Shown one piece after another: positions 17,944-27,646 of a stretch of DNA of 64,000 nucleotides (its first letter is position 1; each line of letters opens with the position of its first letter). Origin of the DNA: Anaerolineae bacterium. GTDB lineage: Bacteria; Chloroflexota; Anaerolineae; UBA7937; B3-Chlor. The position numbers were made by a program, and so were the translations under genes. The notes under the pieces are model-generated. The model made no database searches. It saw nothing but the letters and a program-made list of their open reading frames with translations, and was not told the origin of the DNA. Location: positions 3,965-67,964 of the forward strand of contig DAOUME010000022.1 in assembly GCA_034411995.1 (NCBI GenBank). The letters run 5' to 3'.

Positions 17944-19746
17944 ATGGACCAGGAAAGAATCAGGAACTTCTCCATCATCGCACACATCGATCACGGCAAG
18001 TCCACCCTGGCGGACCGCCTGCTGGAGTACACAGGCACTATCTCCCCCCGGGAGATGGCCGATCAGGTCCTGGACCAGATGGACCTGGAGCGCGAGAAGG
18101 GCGTGACCATCAAGTCCTCCGCCGTGCGCATGCGCTACCAGGCCGACGATGGCCAAGAGTACGAGCTCAACCTCATCGACACGCCGGGCCACGTGGACTT
18201 CACCTACGAGGTCTCCCGGGCCCTGGCGGCCTGCGAAGGCGCCGTCCTGGTGGTGGATGCCACCCAGGGGGTGGAAGCGCAGACTCTGGCCAACCTCTAC
18301 CTGGCCCTGGAGCACGATCTGGCCATCATCCCCGTGGCCAACAAGATCGACCTGGAAAGCGCCCGCCCGGAGGATGTGGCGCACGAGCTGGAAGAGCTGC
18401 TGGGCATCCCGGCGGAGCAGGTGCTGCGAACCTCGGCACGAGAAGGGATAGGGACCAAGGGTGTCCTGGAGGCCATCGTCAGGGCCGTCCCGCCGCCCCA
18501 GGGTCATTCTGAAGCCCCCCTGCGCGCTCTCATCTTCGACTCCCACTACGACCCGTACAAGGGCGTGGTGGCCTACGTGAGGATCGTGGACGGCCAGCTA
18601 AGGGGTCACCAGCGACTCGAGCTTATGTCAAACGAGCGGGCCTTCGAGCCTCTGGAGATCGGTGTCTTTACACCAGGAATGAGACCCACATCTGAGCTGG
18701 CCACCGCCGAAGTGGGATACATCGCCACCGGCCTCAAGAACGTCCGGGACTGCTCCGTGGGCGATACGATCACCACCGCCACAGACTCCGCCCAGGAGCC
18801 GCTCCCCGGATACCGGCCCATCAAGCCCATGGTCTTCGCCGGACTCTATCCCGCGGAAGCTGAAGACTATCACCTGTTGAGGGATGCCCTGGACAAGCTG
18901 CACCTCAACGATGCTTCGCTCTCCTACCAGCCAGAGGACTCCCAGGCTCTGGGCTTCGGCTTTCGCTGCGGGTTTCTGGGCCTCTTCCACATGGAGATCG
19001 TCCAGGAACGGTTGGAGAGGGAATACGGCCTCAGCCTCCTGGCCACGGCGCCCAGCGTGGAATACCACGTCCTGACCGGGGACGGCGAGCTGATCGAAGT
19101 CGACCGCCCCGCTGATCTGCCGGCACCGGTGGACATCGAGTCTATCGAGGAGCCGTGGGTCAAGATCAGCGTCTTCAGTCCCGAGGACTACATCGGCCCC
19201 ATCATGGAGCTGGTCACTTCCCGGCGCGGCGAGTACGAGTCCATGGAATACCTGGACCCTCAGCGGGTGCTGCTCACCTACCAGATGCCTTTGGGCGAGA
19301 TGATCGTGGAGTTCTACGACCAGCTCAAGTCTCGCACCAGGGGATACGCCTCTCTCGACTACGCCCTGTCTGGCTACCGGCCTGGGGACCTGGTCAGGCT
19401 CGACGTGCTGGTGAACAATCAGGCGGTGGATGCGTTGTCCCTGATCACCCACAGGGACCAGGCCTACGGCAAGGGCAGCTTGCTGGTCAAGAAGCTGAAG
19501 GAGGTGATCCCCCGGCAGTTGTTTCCCGTGCCGATTCAGGCCGCCGTGGGCAGCCACGTCATCGCTCGCGAGACGGTGAAGGCGCTGCGCAAGAACGTGC
19601 TGTCCAAGTGCTACGGCGGCGACGTGACCCGCAAACGGAAGCTGCTGGAGAAGCAGAAGGCCGGAAAGAAGAGAATGAAGAAGATCGGCCAGGTGAACAT
19701 CCCCCAGGAAGCGTTCATGGCCGTCTTGAACCTGTCGGAAGAGTAG
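17944..19746 (+). CDS. lepA: Elongation factor 4 (LepA)
   Basis: [35 protein letters not shown] GTPase motifs and the LepA C-terminal domain; 600 aa. Confidence 0.95.
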   Translation: MDQERIRNFSIIAHIDHGKSTLADRLLEYTGTISPREMADQVLDQMDLEREKGVTIKSSAVRMRYQADDGQEYELNLIDTPGHVDFTYEVSRALAACEGAVLVVDATQGVEAQTLANLYLALEHDLAIIPVANKIDLESARPEDVAHELEELLGIPAEQVLRTSAREGIGTKGVLEAIVRAVPPPQGHSEAPLRALIFDSHYDPYKGVVAYVRIVDGQLRGHQRLELMSNERAFEPLEIGVFTPGMRPTSELATAEVGYIATGLKNVRDCSVGDTITTATDSAQEPLPGYRPIKPMVFAGLYPAEAEDYHLLRDALDKLHLNDASLSYQPEDSQALGFGFRCGFLGLFHMEIVQERLEREYGLSLLATAPSVEYHVLTGDGELIEVDRPADLPAPVDIESIEEPWVKISVFSPEDYIGPIMELVTSRRGEYESMEYLDPQRVLLTYQMPLGEMIVEFYDQLKSRTRGYASLDYALSGYRPGDLVRLDVLVNNQAVDALSLITHRDQAYGKGSLLVKKLKEVIPRQLFPVPIQAAVGSHVIARETVKALRKNVLSKCYGGDVTRKRKLLEKQKAGKKRMKKIGQVNIPQEAFMAVLNLSEE

Positions 19747-19764
19747 GAACAGCCAGAGCAGGCC

Positions 19765-21198
19765 ATGACCTCAGGCACCACCCGGCTGACCATCCTCCAT
19801 ACCAACGATCTGCACGGGCGCATCGAGCAACTGCCGTTCCTCAGCGCCATGGCCAGGGCCATCCGCAGGGAAGTGGCCAGCCAGGGGGGCCACGCGCTGC
19901 TCTGGGACGCGGGCGACGCAGAGGATCGTATCCTCCTGGAGAGCGACGTCACCAAGGGCGCGGCGATCGTGCCGCTGATGTCTGCCGTGGGCTACGACGC
20001 AGCGGCGGTCGGCAATTCCATCGGCGTCACCTACGGCCCCCAGAACCTGTCCCAGCTGGCGAAGATCGCCCCCTACCCGCTGATGGCCGCGAACCTGGCC
20101 TGGTCCGACACCGGCCAACTGGTAGAGGGGTTGGTGCCGTACAAGCTGTGGGACCTGGGCCCGGCCAGGCTGGGCGTGGTGGGGCTCACCGCTCCCTCCG
20201 TGGCCTACTCGTCGTTCGGCGCTCGCTGCTACGTCCCGGCGCCCCTGGTCACGGAGCTGACCCGTCACCTGCGGGAGCAGGGAGCCACCATCATCTCCAT
20301 CCTCTCGCACCTGGGGCTGGAGGATGACCGGGCGCTGGCCGAGTCAGTGGAAGGCATCGATCTCATCGTCGGTGGGCACTCGCACACCCTGCTAGAGGAG
20401 CCTCTGCTGGTCCAGGGGACGCTCATCACCCAGGCCGGCTCCTACGGACAGCACCTGGGTCAGATCGACCTGGAGGTAGACGACGCCTCTGGAAGGGTCT
20501 TGGAGCGACGGGCACAGGTGCTGCCGGTGGAGACGTCCCGAGCCGACGACGTGGTGGTGGAGGCCATCCAGGCGCAGGCGCAGGAGGTGCAGAAGCTGCT
20601 GGGTCGCGTCGTCGGTCAGACCGTGGCCTTCCTAGACGTGAACTACTTCCAGGAATGCGCCCTCGGCAACTTCCTGGCTGACGTATTACGAGCGCGCATG
20701 GGCACCGAACTGGCCTTCGTGGTCACCGGCATGCTGGACGAGGCCCTCAGGGAAGGCCCCATCACCTTCGGCGACCTGTGCAGAGCCACGTCCTCCACGG
20801 CCAACCCCGGCCGGGCTGAGCTGACCGGCGAGCAGATACTGGGCGCCCTGAACCACGGTCTCCGCCCTGAGGTGGCGCAGGACCGTCCATCTCCCATGCG
20901 CGGCAACCCCCAGGGGATCCTTCAGGTGTCGGGACTCACGGTCACCTACGACCCTTACGGCGACCCCCAGGAGCAGGTGGTGGCGGTTCTGGTAGGAAAG
21001 GAACCGCTGGACAGGAACCGTACCTACACTGTGGCCTCGACAGACTGGGAGCTGGGCCACCTCACCGCCTACGTCGACCTGGACCGGGACGACGTGAGAT
21101 ACGACGTACCGACGATTCTCCGCGAAGCGATGGAGGAGCATTTGCGTCAGCACTCTCCCATCTCCGTAGCAGTGGAGGGGAGAATGCAGCCCGTATGA
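19765..21198 (+). CDS. Bifunctional metallophosphatase / 5-prime-nucleotidase (UshA-like)
   Basis: LTILHTNDLHGR metallophosphoesterase motif, GNHE-like motif, C-terminal 5-nucleotidase domain. Confidence 0.8.
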   Translation: MTSGTTRLTILHTNDLHGRIEQLPFLSAMARAIRREVASQGGHALLWDAGDAEDRILLESDVTKGAAIVPLMSAVGYDAAAVGNSIGVTYGPQNLSQLAKIAPYPLMAANLAWSDTGQLVEGLVPYKLWDLGPARLGVVGLTAPSVAYSSFGARCYVPAPLVTELTRHLREQGATIISILSHLGLEDDRALAESVEGIDLIVGGHSHTLLEEPLLVQGTLITQAGSYGQHLGQIDLEVDDASGRVLERRAQVLPVETSRADDVVVEAIQAQAQEVQKLLGRVVGQTVAFLDVNYFQECALGNFLADVLRARMGTELAFVVTGMLDEALREGPITFGDLCRATSSTANPGRAELTGEQILGALNHGLRPEVAQDRPSPMRGNPQGILQVSGLTVTYDPYGDPQEQVVAVLVGKEPLDRNRTYTVASTDWELGHLTAYVDLDRDDVRYDVPTILREAMEEHLRQHSPISVAVEGRMQPV

Positions 21199-22373
21199 AA
21201 GCCAGAGCTCTTCCGGGGGGTTACAGCCCCACTTTCTACCTGGCCTTCCTGTCCTGCTTTCTCTTCTTCAGCAGTATTCACTTGCTGATCACACCGCTGC
21301 CCACCTACATCGAGGCCCTGGGAGGGGGCCCGGTCCACGTCGGGCTGGCCGGGACGACCTTCGCCCTGGCGGCCCTCGTCCTCCGCCCCTGGATGGGCCG
21401 CCTGGTGGACACTCGAGGGCGCAAGATAGCCCTGCTCATCGGAACGGCCGTCTTCACCGTAGGGCCTCTGTGCTACATTGTGACCACCACCCTGCCCGCC
21501 TTTCACCTGGCGCGGGTCTTCCACGGCATCGGCATCGCCGCGTTCACCAGTGCGTACTTTGCCCTCATCGCCGACGTCACGCCGCCCGCCCGCTGGGGTG
21601 AAGCCCTGGGACTGGCCGGCGTCGCCGCCTCTCTCTCCGTGATCATCGCCTCACCCGCAGGGACGGCGCTCCTCGAACACACCAGCCATCGACTGGTCTT
21701 CGTCGCCTCCAGCCTGACGGCACTGGCCAGCTTCGCCGTCGCCCTTTCCATCCACGAGTCCAGACGGGCGGTCGTCGCCTCCCAGAGCCTGGATTCCAGC
21801 CAAGAGGGCCTGCTCGACGTGATCAAGCTGCCTGGCGTGAGCGCACCGTCCATGGTCACTCTGGCCCTGGGGCTGAGCTACGGCGCGGTCTACTCCTTCC
21901 TGCCCCTCTTTGCCCGAGATCGCAACCTGGGCAACGTGGGGTTCTTCTTCACCGGCCTGAGCCTCTCCATGGTGGTCTCCCGATCCATGGGCGGACGGGT
22001 GTCGGACAGGCTGGGCCGCCTCCCTGTGATCCTGCCCATGGGTGGCCTCCTGGCCCTCAGCCTGGCGGGCCTCAACTGGACCTACGCCTTCGGCACGCTC
22101 ATGCTCATGGCCGTCTTTCATGGCTTGGGCTTCGGGGGCGCCCGGGTGGTCCTGGAGACCATGGTCGTGGACAGCGCACCGGCCAGGGTGAGAGGAAGGG
22201 CCTTGAGTATCGTGTACTTCTGTTTCGACACCGGCCTGGCCGCCAGCGGGCTGTTGTTGGGGCCGGTCATCGATCTGGCGGGATACGGGATGGCCTTCCT
22301 CTTGGTGGGTGGTGTCTGCGTCCTCGCTCTGATCCTCTTCGCGGCGGCCATGAGGCGGGCAGAGACCGCCTAG
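21195..22373 (+). CDS. MFS transporter
   Basis: 392 aa, 12 predicted TM helices, MFS motif GRLVDTRGRK between TM2 and TM3; start overlaps the upstream stop (ATGA). Confidence 0.8.
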   Translation: MKARALPGGYSPTFYLAFLSCFLFFSSIHLLITPLPTYIEALGGGPVHVGLAGTTFALAALVLRPWMGRLVDTRGRKIALLIGTAVFTVGPLCYIVTTTLPAFHLARVFHGIGIAAFTSAYFALIADVTPPARWGEALGLAGVAASLSVIIASPAGTALLEHTSHRLVFVASSLTALASFAVALSIHESRRAVVASQSLDSSQEGLLDVIKLPGVSAPSMVTLALGLSYGAVYSFLPLFARDRNLGNVGFFFTGLSLSMVVSRSMGGRVSDRLGRLPVILPMGGLLALSLAGLNWTYAFGTLMLMAVFHGLGFGGARVVLETMVVDSAPARVRGRALSIVYFCFDTGLAASGLLLGPVIDLAGYGMAFLLVGGVCVLALILFAAAMRRAETA

Positions 22374-22383
22374 TATCCCGAGC

Positions 22384-23502
22384 TCAGACAGGCCCCTGGT
22401 CGGCCACTTCCAGCAGGACCTCCAGCACCCTCCCTGCCGTCACCCCCCAATCGAAGGCCCGCAACCGGTCACGGCCCCGCCGCACCAGTTCGGAGCGTAG
22501 TGCTCGATCCATGATAACCCGCAACGTGGCCTGGGCTATCCCCTCCACGTCCAGGGGGTCGACCAGCAGCGCCGCCTCCCCCGCCACCTCGGCCAGGGCG
22601 GAAGTGTCCGAGGTCACCACGGGCACGCCGTACGCGGCGGCCTCCAGGATGGGGAAACCGAAGCCCTCGTACAGCGAGGGGAAGAGGAAAGCCTCGGCCC
22701 CGGCGAAGAGGCCGGCCTTCTCCCGGCCCACGTATCCGGTGAGCACCACGTCCACGCCGTGTGGTGAGGCGTTGATCAAGCGCGCCACCTCCTCGAACCC
22801 CACGCCGGGCGTGCCCCCCAGCACCAGTTGATGCGGCAGGCCGCGCTCTTTGAGCCTCAGGAAGGCCTGCACGATGCGCGCCACGTTCTTCTTCGTCTCC
22901 AACCGCCCCAGGAAGAGGAGGTACGGCGGGGTGATCTCGTACCGCTCCAACGTGGCGGCCACCTGGTCAGGTGTCGGCAGCTCCGCCTCGGTGACGGTCA
23001 ACCCGGAGAGGACGGCTTCGATGCGCGCCGGGTCAACACCGTAGATGCGCACCAGGTCGTCCTTCGTGGCCTGGGAGACAGCGATGATCTTCGCCGCCGT
23101 GCGCAGGGCGAAGCGGGTGGTGAGCTCCAGGTACCAGCGCGCCAGCGGCGAGTAACACTCCGGGAAGTAGTGAAAGGCCACGTCGTGGATGGTGGTCACG
23201 CAGCGCGGCGGACGCAGGAAGGGGATGACGTTGGCCGGAGCGAAGAACACGTCGGGCTTCAGCCGTCGCAGCTCCGTGGCCATCCGAGTCTGCGCCCACA
23301 GGGTGCGTCGCGGTATCTCGAGAGGGACGAAGTTGGAGGGCAGGTCCCCGAACTCCTCCGGCACCCTGTCGTTCAACAAGAGGGTGTACTGGTTGGTGGA
23401 GTCCAGCCGCGCCAGAGCCAGGATCAGGTGTAGCGTGTAGAACTCCGTGCCGGTCCGGCGTTTCTTGGCCGCCGGGGAAGCGTCGATGGCGATCCTCTTC
23501 AC
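22384..23502 (-). CDS. Family 4 (GT-B) glycosyltransferase
   Basis: C-terminal Glycos_transf_1 pattern (AFLFPSLYEGFGFPILEAAAYGVPVVTSD). The ORF was trimmed to the GTG at 23502 (RBS GGAGGG); the 114-aa Arg/Gly-rich N-terminal extension in the six-frame track looks spurious. Its GTG start overlaps the stop of the upstream methyltransferase (GTGA). Confidence 0.75.
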   Translation of the reverse strand: MKRIAIDASPAAKKRRTGTEFYTLHLILALARLDSTNQYTLLLNDRVPEEFGDLPSNFVPLEIPRRTLWAQTRMATELRRLKPDVFFAPANVIPFLRPPRCVTTIHDVAFHYFPECYSPLARWYLELTTRFALRTAAKIIAVSQATKDDLVRIYGVDPARIEAVLSGLTVTEAELPTPDQVAATLERYEITPPYLLFLGRLETKKNVARIVQAFLRLKERGLPHQLVLGGTPGVGFEEVARLINASPHGVDVVLTGYVGREKAGLFAGAEAFLFPSLYEGFGFPILEAAAYGVPVVTSDTSALAEVAGEAALLVDPLDVEGIAQATLRVIMDRALRSELVRRGRDRLRAFDWGVTAGRVLEVLLEVADQGPV

Positions 23503-24539
23503 CCTACGCCCTCCACCGGTTTCCGGGCCACGGCGGTGAGCCCGTACTCGACGAAGAGCAGCCCAGCCAGGTTGGCCCCCTGCGAACGGAGCATCCTCCG
23601 TGCCCACGCTCCCTTCCACATCCGTCTGGTGAGGGCGAAGAGCGAAGACTTCACCCTCCCCCCCTCTGGGGCTCCCTCCTCCCCGTCCAGCATGGCGCGC
23701 AGCGCCCCGGGGAGGTAGTAGCGGGGATTCAGCCCTGCGGCCCCGAAGGCCTGGCGGTAGTCGAGGATGGTATAGGCGTGCTCGTTGATGCCCGCCTCCG
23801 TCTCCTCGTTGTCCACGCGTTTGTCCTTGAGGATCCTGTAGCACGGCTCACTGGTCAGCGCCAGCCTCCCTCCCTCTCTCAGCACGCCAGCGCACTGTAT
23901 CACCACCTGACCCAGCATCGGGCTATGGTGGATGCTGGCCACGGAGAGCACCAGGTCGAAGGTCTCAGGACGAAAGGGCAGCTTCTCCATGCTGGCCAGG
24001 ACCCGCTCGAAGGGAGGGGTCCCCTGCCGCAGGTACACCTCCCCCGTCTCCAACCCTCCTGCCCGTCTGTCCCTCACCACGTCCAGGGCCACCACCTGGC
24101 ACCCCGCCCGCGCCAGAAAAGCGCTGGCCCAGCACCGTCCAGCCCCCAGCTCCAGCACCCGCTCTCCACCGCGCAGGTCCAGCAGTTCCATCAGGCCGAA
24201 GAAGTTGTCGCCCTGCCTCTTCCAGTGGGCTACGCTCTGGAGGTTGGAGGTGACGCCCTGGTGCACGCGGGGCAGGGACAGGATCCACTCCTCCCTCATC
24301 TCCTCGGCGCCGCCCTGAAGGAACCTCTCCCAGCCGGCCCGCTCCCGAAGGACCGCCTCGGGCGGGTGCGGAAGGAGGTCCAGGACACCGTGGCTGAGGG
24401 CGTAGCGAGCGCCGCAGGCCCCACACTCCAGCCAGCCCTCGGTGAGAACGTCTGGCTGTGCGCTGCGCAGGGCTTCCAGGTGCCAGTGGCCTTCCCCGCA
24501 GGCCGGGCAAACCAGCCAATCCAGTAGCTCCTCTCTCAT
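23499..24539 (-). CDS. Trm112-like zinc-ribbon domain fused to class I SAM-dependent methyltransferase
   Basis: N-terminal LDWLVCPACGEGH...CGACGARY (Trm112/DUF343-like double CxxC), then VLELGAGRCWASAFLARAG methyltransferase motif I. Confidence 0.7.
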   Translation of the reverse strand: MREELLDWLVCPACGEGHWHLEALRSAQPDVLTEGWLECGACGARYALSHGVLDLLPHPPEAVLRERAGWERFLQGGAEEMREEWILSLPRVHQGVTSNLQSVAHWKRQGDNFFGLMELLDLRGGERVLELGAGRCWASAFLARAGCQVVALDVVRDRRAGGLETGEVYLRQGTPPFERVLASMEKLPFRPETFDLVLSVASIHHSPMLGQVVIQCAGVLREGGRLALTSEPCYRILKDKRVDNEETEAGINEHAYTILDYRQAFGAAGLNPRYYLPGALRAMLDGEEGAPEGGRVKSSLFALTRRMWKGAWARRMLRSQGANLAGLLFVEYGLTAVARKPVEGVG

Positions 24540-24626
24540 GGTCAGCCTATCATATCAGCGCTATGGGGCAGAGTCAAGGCAAGGACGTTGGGGCGAGGCG
24601 GCCTTGCCCCCCTTCTTTGCCTCGTC

Positions 24627-24648
24627 GCCGCACGGCATGCCGTGCGGC
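24627..24648. repeat. Perfect 22-nt palindrome GCCGCACGGCATGCCGTGCGGC
   Basis: Shares the CACGGCATGCCGTG core with the palindrome at 27315..27342. Confidence 0.7.
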
Positions 24649-24710
24649 TACACCCAACGCGCGCGCTGCACACATCCTCCCACCTGCGAATCCCTTGCCC
24701 CCCGCAATCC

Positions 24711-24735
24711 GTAGGGCAAGCTTAAGCTTGCCTAG
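24711..24735. repeat. Imperfect palindrome GTAGGGCAAGCTTAAGCTTGCCTAG
   Basis: GGCAAGCTT/AAGCTTGCC inverted repeat with GTAGGG/CCTA flanks; REP-like family member. Confidence 0.6.
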
Positions 24736-24982
24736 CGCTGGATGCCTGATCCTGCGCGTGCCTTCCACGCTCCCATGTCGGCGCCAATACCTGTCCTGCC
24801 ACCCTCGCCCCACGTCGAGCTGAAGCTCGACGCTACATCAGCCCTAAACGCGCCACAGCGCGTTCCTCCCCCCCACCACCCCCTGCTGCACCCCGTCCCC
24901 TGCGTCACCAAGCAGGCATTCCCCATGCCCGGCGACTCGGCCTGCCCCCCCGCCCCTACCCCCGTTCCCAGCCGCACCTGAC

Positions 24983-25011
24983 GTGACACCTGTCACCAGA
25001 CATGGTACAAT
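24983..25011 (+). promoter_or_regulatory. Sigma70-like promoter (-35 GTGACA, 17 nt, -10 TACAAT) with overlapping palindromic operator GTGACAccTGTCAC
   Basis: GTGACAcctgtcaccagacatggTACAAT; the -35 hexamer is the left arm of a 6+2+6 perfect inverted repeat, suggestive of a repressor site. It sits about 45 nt upstream of a GGAGGAA RBS and the small ORF at 25054. Confidence 0.5.
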
Positions 25012-25053
25012 AGCCTGTGACCATCGCCGCTGCTCGAAACGGAGGAATAGCCC

Positions 25054-25299
25054 GTGAGCACGGAAGAAGACCTCATCCCCGAGGAAGCCATCGGGGGTGG
25101 TGGCGCGGCACGCGCCCCATCCCGGCCTCCCTGTGGCTCCGTGGTTCACCATTTCTACTCAAGCACACCGTTCGGCAGCGATGAACGAAGCGTTGGACTT
25201 CTCTGTGACGCCATAGGCCCCGGCTTCGGGGCGTTCGACGCCGTCCTGACCGGCTACTGCTACCCCTCACGGAGATCGCCAGCGAGGTGGTTACGGTGA
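25054..25299 (+). CDS. Small hypothetical protein (81 aa, acidic N-terminus, Gly run, 4 Cys), translationally coupled to the downstream membrane protein
   Basis: GTG start 6 nt after GGAGGAA; sequence MSTEEDLIPEEAIGGGG...CGSVVHHFYSS...LLCDAIGPGFGAFDAVLTGYCY; its stop TGA overlaps the GTG start of the next gene (GTGA). Coding status unproven. Confidence 0.3.
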   Translation: MSTEEDLIPEEAIGGGGAARAPSRPPCGSVVHHFYSSTPFGSDERSVGLLCDAIGPGFGAFDAVLTGYCYPSRRSPARWLR

Positions 25300-27134
25300 A
25301 GAAGAACCTGTGCGGAATAGCCAAGCTCCTGATTCTGCTCGTCGCGCTGGCTCTAGTCATGCCGGCGCGAAACCCTGTGGAAGCCCAGGAAGGAGGGCAA
25401 ACGGTAACCCTCGAGCTGATCCCCGTGGGTATCGAAGGGGAGGTCGGCGGGTCGATATCCTTCCGTCTCCCCCCAGGCTACGAACCGTGGGGGTCCTATC
25501 CCCACGAATCCAGGTGGGGGCCGGCCACGGCTATCTGGACCGACTACGATTACCACGGCACACGAGTGGTCCAGACCGTGACCTTCCCCGATGGTGCCCA
25601 GGACCGACGTACAGGCGATGAGATCGACGGCGTCGGCTTTGGCGGCGGCGTGCTCTATGTCAGAGGGTATGCGGACATTCACACCGAGGCGGAGGAGTCC
25701 CAGAGGCCGTACGTGGCGGGGGTGATCTACGAGGAAGGGGCCACTACCGTAGCTGGGGATGGAGTGGCGTACGATGCGTACTACTACCTCTCCTCACGGA
25801 CCGAAGAGGAGCAAGGGGACTATGAGTGGGTTTACGGCTACCACAATCTGGCGCTCAGGATAGCGCTCTCCGACACTGAGCCCCTTTACACCCTCTGGCT
25901 TCACTTCTGGACCTGGGGGCCTGCCGACTTCACCGACAGCCAGGGTACGGATTATACTTTCACGCTGGACGGCAACCCGGCGATGGACGCCCACCACGAA
26001 TACCTGAAGGCCATGCTCTCCAGCGTCACCATCACCGGCTGGAAGGCGCCACCGGCTGTCGCACCGCCAGAGACGGAGCTCACCGGCAGCGACTGGCTGG
26101 ATACGATCCCCCTGCCCACGGAAATCTCCACCGAGCCCAAGGTGGTGGGCACGAACCTGGGACTGGCTCTCTTCTTCGCCCTGGCCTTCGGGCTCACTTC
26201 GGAGCTCTTCAACGCCACCCTGAAGGAGAACGAAGAGCTCCTCCACGCCCGGCTGGCACCAGTGCTGGCGCCTCTCCGGCGTGGAAAGAAGCGGCTGCCG
26301 CGCCTGGAGGGAGGGCGGTGGACCCGTTTCGCCAAAGCGATGCTCATGCTCCTCCTCTCAGCCCTCCTCTACGCCTTTCTCGACCCTGGATTCGGCCTCA
26401 GCCCCAGCGGGGCCATCGTCTTCCTTTCCCTCTTCGTCGCCCTGCTGGTGGTGGTCTACTCGTACGACGGGTGCCAGGCCCTGCTGGGAGCCAGGTTCTA
26501 CGAGCTGAGGTCCCGCTTTCAACTCTTCCCCATCGCCCTGGCTTTTGGTCTGGCTTGCGTGCTGGTCACGCGAGGTATGGACTTCCACCCTGGCTATCTC
26601 TACGGCTTCGTGGCTGGCCTGGGTCTGCTGGGTCTGGAGGCGGAGACACCACGCCGCCAGGCGCTTCTGGTGCTGGGGGGCGTCGGGGCGCTCCTGGCCG
26701 CCACCCTGGTGGCCTGGGGGTTGGCCGTGCCGGTGGCTGGGCTGGCCGAGGGTGGCCTGCCTGGCGCCTCGGTTCTCTACGGCGTGCTGGTGGCCATCTT
26801 CGTCGCCGGGCTGGAGGGCCTCCTCTTTTCCCTGGTGCCGCTGGCTTTCATGGACGGATCCAAGGTCATGGCCTGGAGCCGGGTCGTCTGGGCGGTGACC
26901 TTCGGCCTGGCAGCCTGGCTGTTCTTCCACGTGCTCATCAACCCCGGCAGCGCTTATCTGGAGGCACTGAGCAGCAAGAAGGTCCTGTTGATGGTGGGGA
27001 CGTTGGCCGCCTACGGTGCCCTGACCGCCGGCACCTGGCTCTGCTTCCGGTGGTATGGGCCAGAAAGCGAGCCAGGACAGGCCGGGCCAGCTATGGAGAC
27101 CATGCAAAGAAAAGGCCGAGCCGGCCGCCGCTGA
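25296..27134 (+). CDS. Large membrane protein: signal peptide plus about 270-aa extracytoplasmic domain followed by about 8 TM helices (unknown function)
   Basis: VKKNLCGIAKLLILLVALALVMPA signal-like N-terminus (GTG at 25296, RBS GAGGTGG); the C-terminal half is highly hydrophobic with multiple helices. Confidence 0.6.
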   Translation: MKKNLCGIAKLLILLVALALVMPARNPVEAQEGGQTVTLELIPVGIEGEVGGSISFRLPPGYEPWGSYPHESRWGPATAIWTDYDYHGTRVVQTVTFPDGAQDRRTGDEIDGVGFGGGVLYVRGYADIHTEAEESQRPYVAGVIYEEGATTVAGDGVAYDAYYYLSSRTEEEQGDYEWVYGYHNLALRIALSDTEPLYTLWLHFWTWGPADFTDSQGTDYTFTLDGNPAMDAHHEYLKAMLSSVTITGWKAPPAVAPPETELTGSDWLDTIPLPTEISTEPKVVGTNLGLALFFALAFGLTSELFNATLKENEELLHARLAPVLAPLRRGKKRLPRLEGGRWTRFAKAMLMLLLSALLYAFLDPGFGLSPSGAIVFLSLFVALLVVVYSYDGCQALLGARFYELRSRFQLFPIALAFGLACVLVTRGMDFHPGYLYGFVAGLGLLGLEAETPRRQALLVLGGVGALLAATLVAWGLAVPVAGLAEGGLPGASVLYGVLVAIFVAGLEGLLFSLVPLAFMDGSKVMAWSRVVWAVTFGLAAWLFFHVLINPGSAYLEALSSKKVLLMVGTLAAYGALTAGTWLCFRWYGPESEPGQAGPAMETMQRKGRAGRR

Positions 27135-27256
27135 CATGGTGGGGGAGGGCCCTCTCGCCGAACCAGCGGCGAGGGTCCCTGACGAGGTCAAGCGGGTACT
27201 GCTGGCTGCTCAGCCTGGTTTCCTGCCGGGACATCCTTGCGCTACCCCACACCGTC

Positions 27257-27280
27257 CTGTAGGGCAAACTTCAGTTTGCC
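27257..27280. repeat. REP-like palindrome CTGTAGGGCAAACTTCAGTTTGCC
   Basis: GGCAAACT-TC-AGTTTGCC inverted repeat preceded by CTGTAGGG. Confidence 0.6.
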
Positions 27281-27314
27281 GCACCCCACACCCCGCAGCG
27301 ATGCCACCGCCCTG

Positions 27315-27342
27315 TAGGGGCACGGCATGCCGTGCCCCTACC
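27315..27342. repeat. Perfect 28-nt palindrome GTAGGGGCACGGCATGCCGTGCCCCTAC (REP-like; possible terminator of the membrane-protein gene)
   Basis: Exact palindrome downstream of the 25296..27134 gene; same arms as the elements at 44048 and 17811 and the same core as 24627. Confidence 0.7.
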
Positions 27343-27514
27343 AAGGCGTACACCCCACCTGTTTTTCTGAGCGCAGCGAAGAATCTCAGGCACAGATTCT
27401 TTGCTTCGACTGGGCTCAGGGCAAGCTCTGGTTCGCGCCTCAGGACGACAGGGGGACCGGGCCCCGAGGGCGGGTGATCCACCAAGTCTTGCCGCGCGGG
27501 CCTCGCCCCGCGCT

Positions 27515-27532
27515 GGGCAAGCCAGCTTGCCC
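27515..27532. repeat. Palindrome GGGCAAGC-CA-GCTTGCCC upstream of the RM gene
   Basis: Perfect 8-bp arms; about 110 nt upstream of the RM gene start. Confidence 0.5.
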
Positions 27533-27646
27533 TCGCTGGCCAGTTGTGCTACTATTGATTGACTTCGCCCCTACTTCGAGAACCGCTCGACAGACGCCTC
27601 GCCCCGGCAATGACCCGGGTCTGCCCACGCGCCAGAGGAGGAAAGC

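Noticed and set aside
22384-23844. Full 486-aa ORF for the GT4 glycosyltransferase
   Set aside because: The first 114 codons are Arg/Gly/Pro-rich low-complexity with no RBS, and they overlap the upstream methyltransferase gene. The GTG at 23502 with a GGAGGG RBS gives a normal-length GT4.
25054-25299. Calling the 81-aa ORF a RiPP precursor for the downstream protein
   Set aside because: The downstream gene is a membrane protein with no recognisable maturase domain, so the RiPP interpretation is unsupported; kept only as a possible coupled small ORF.
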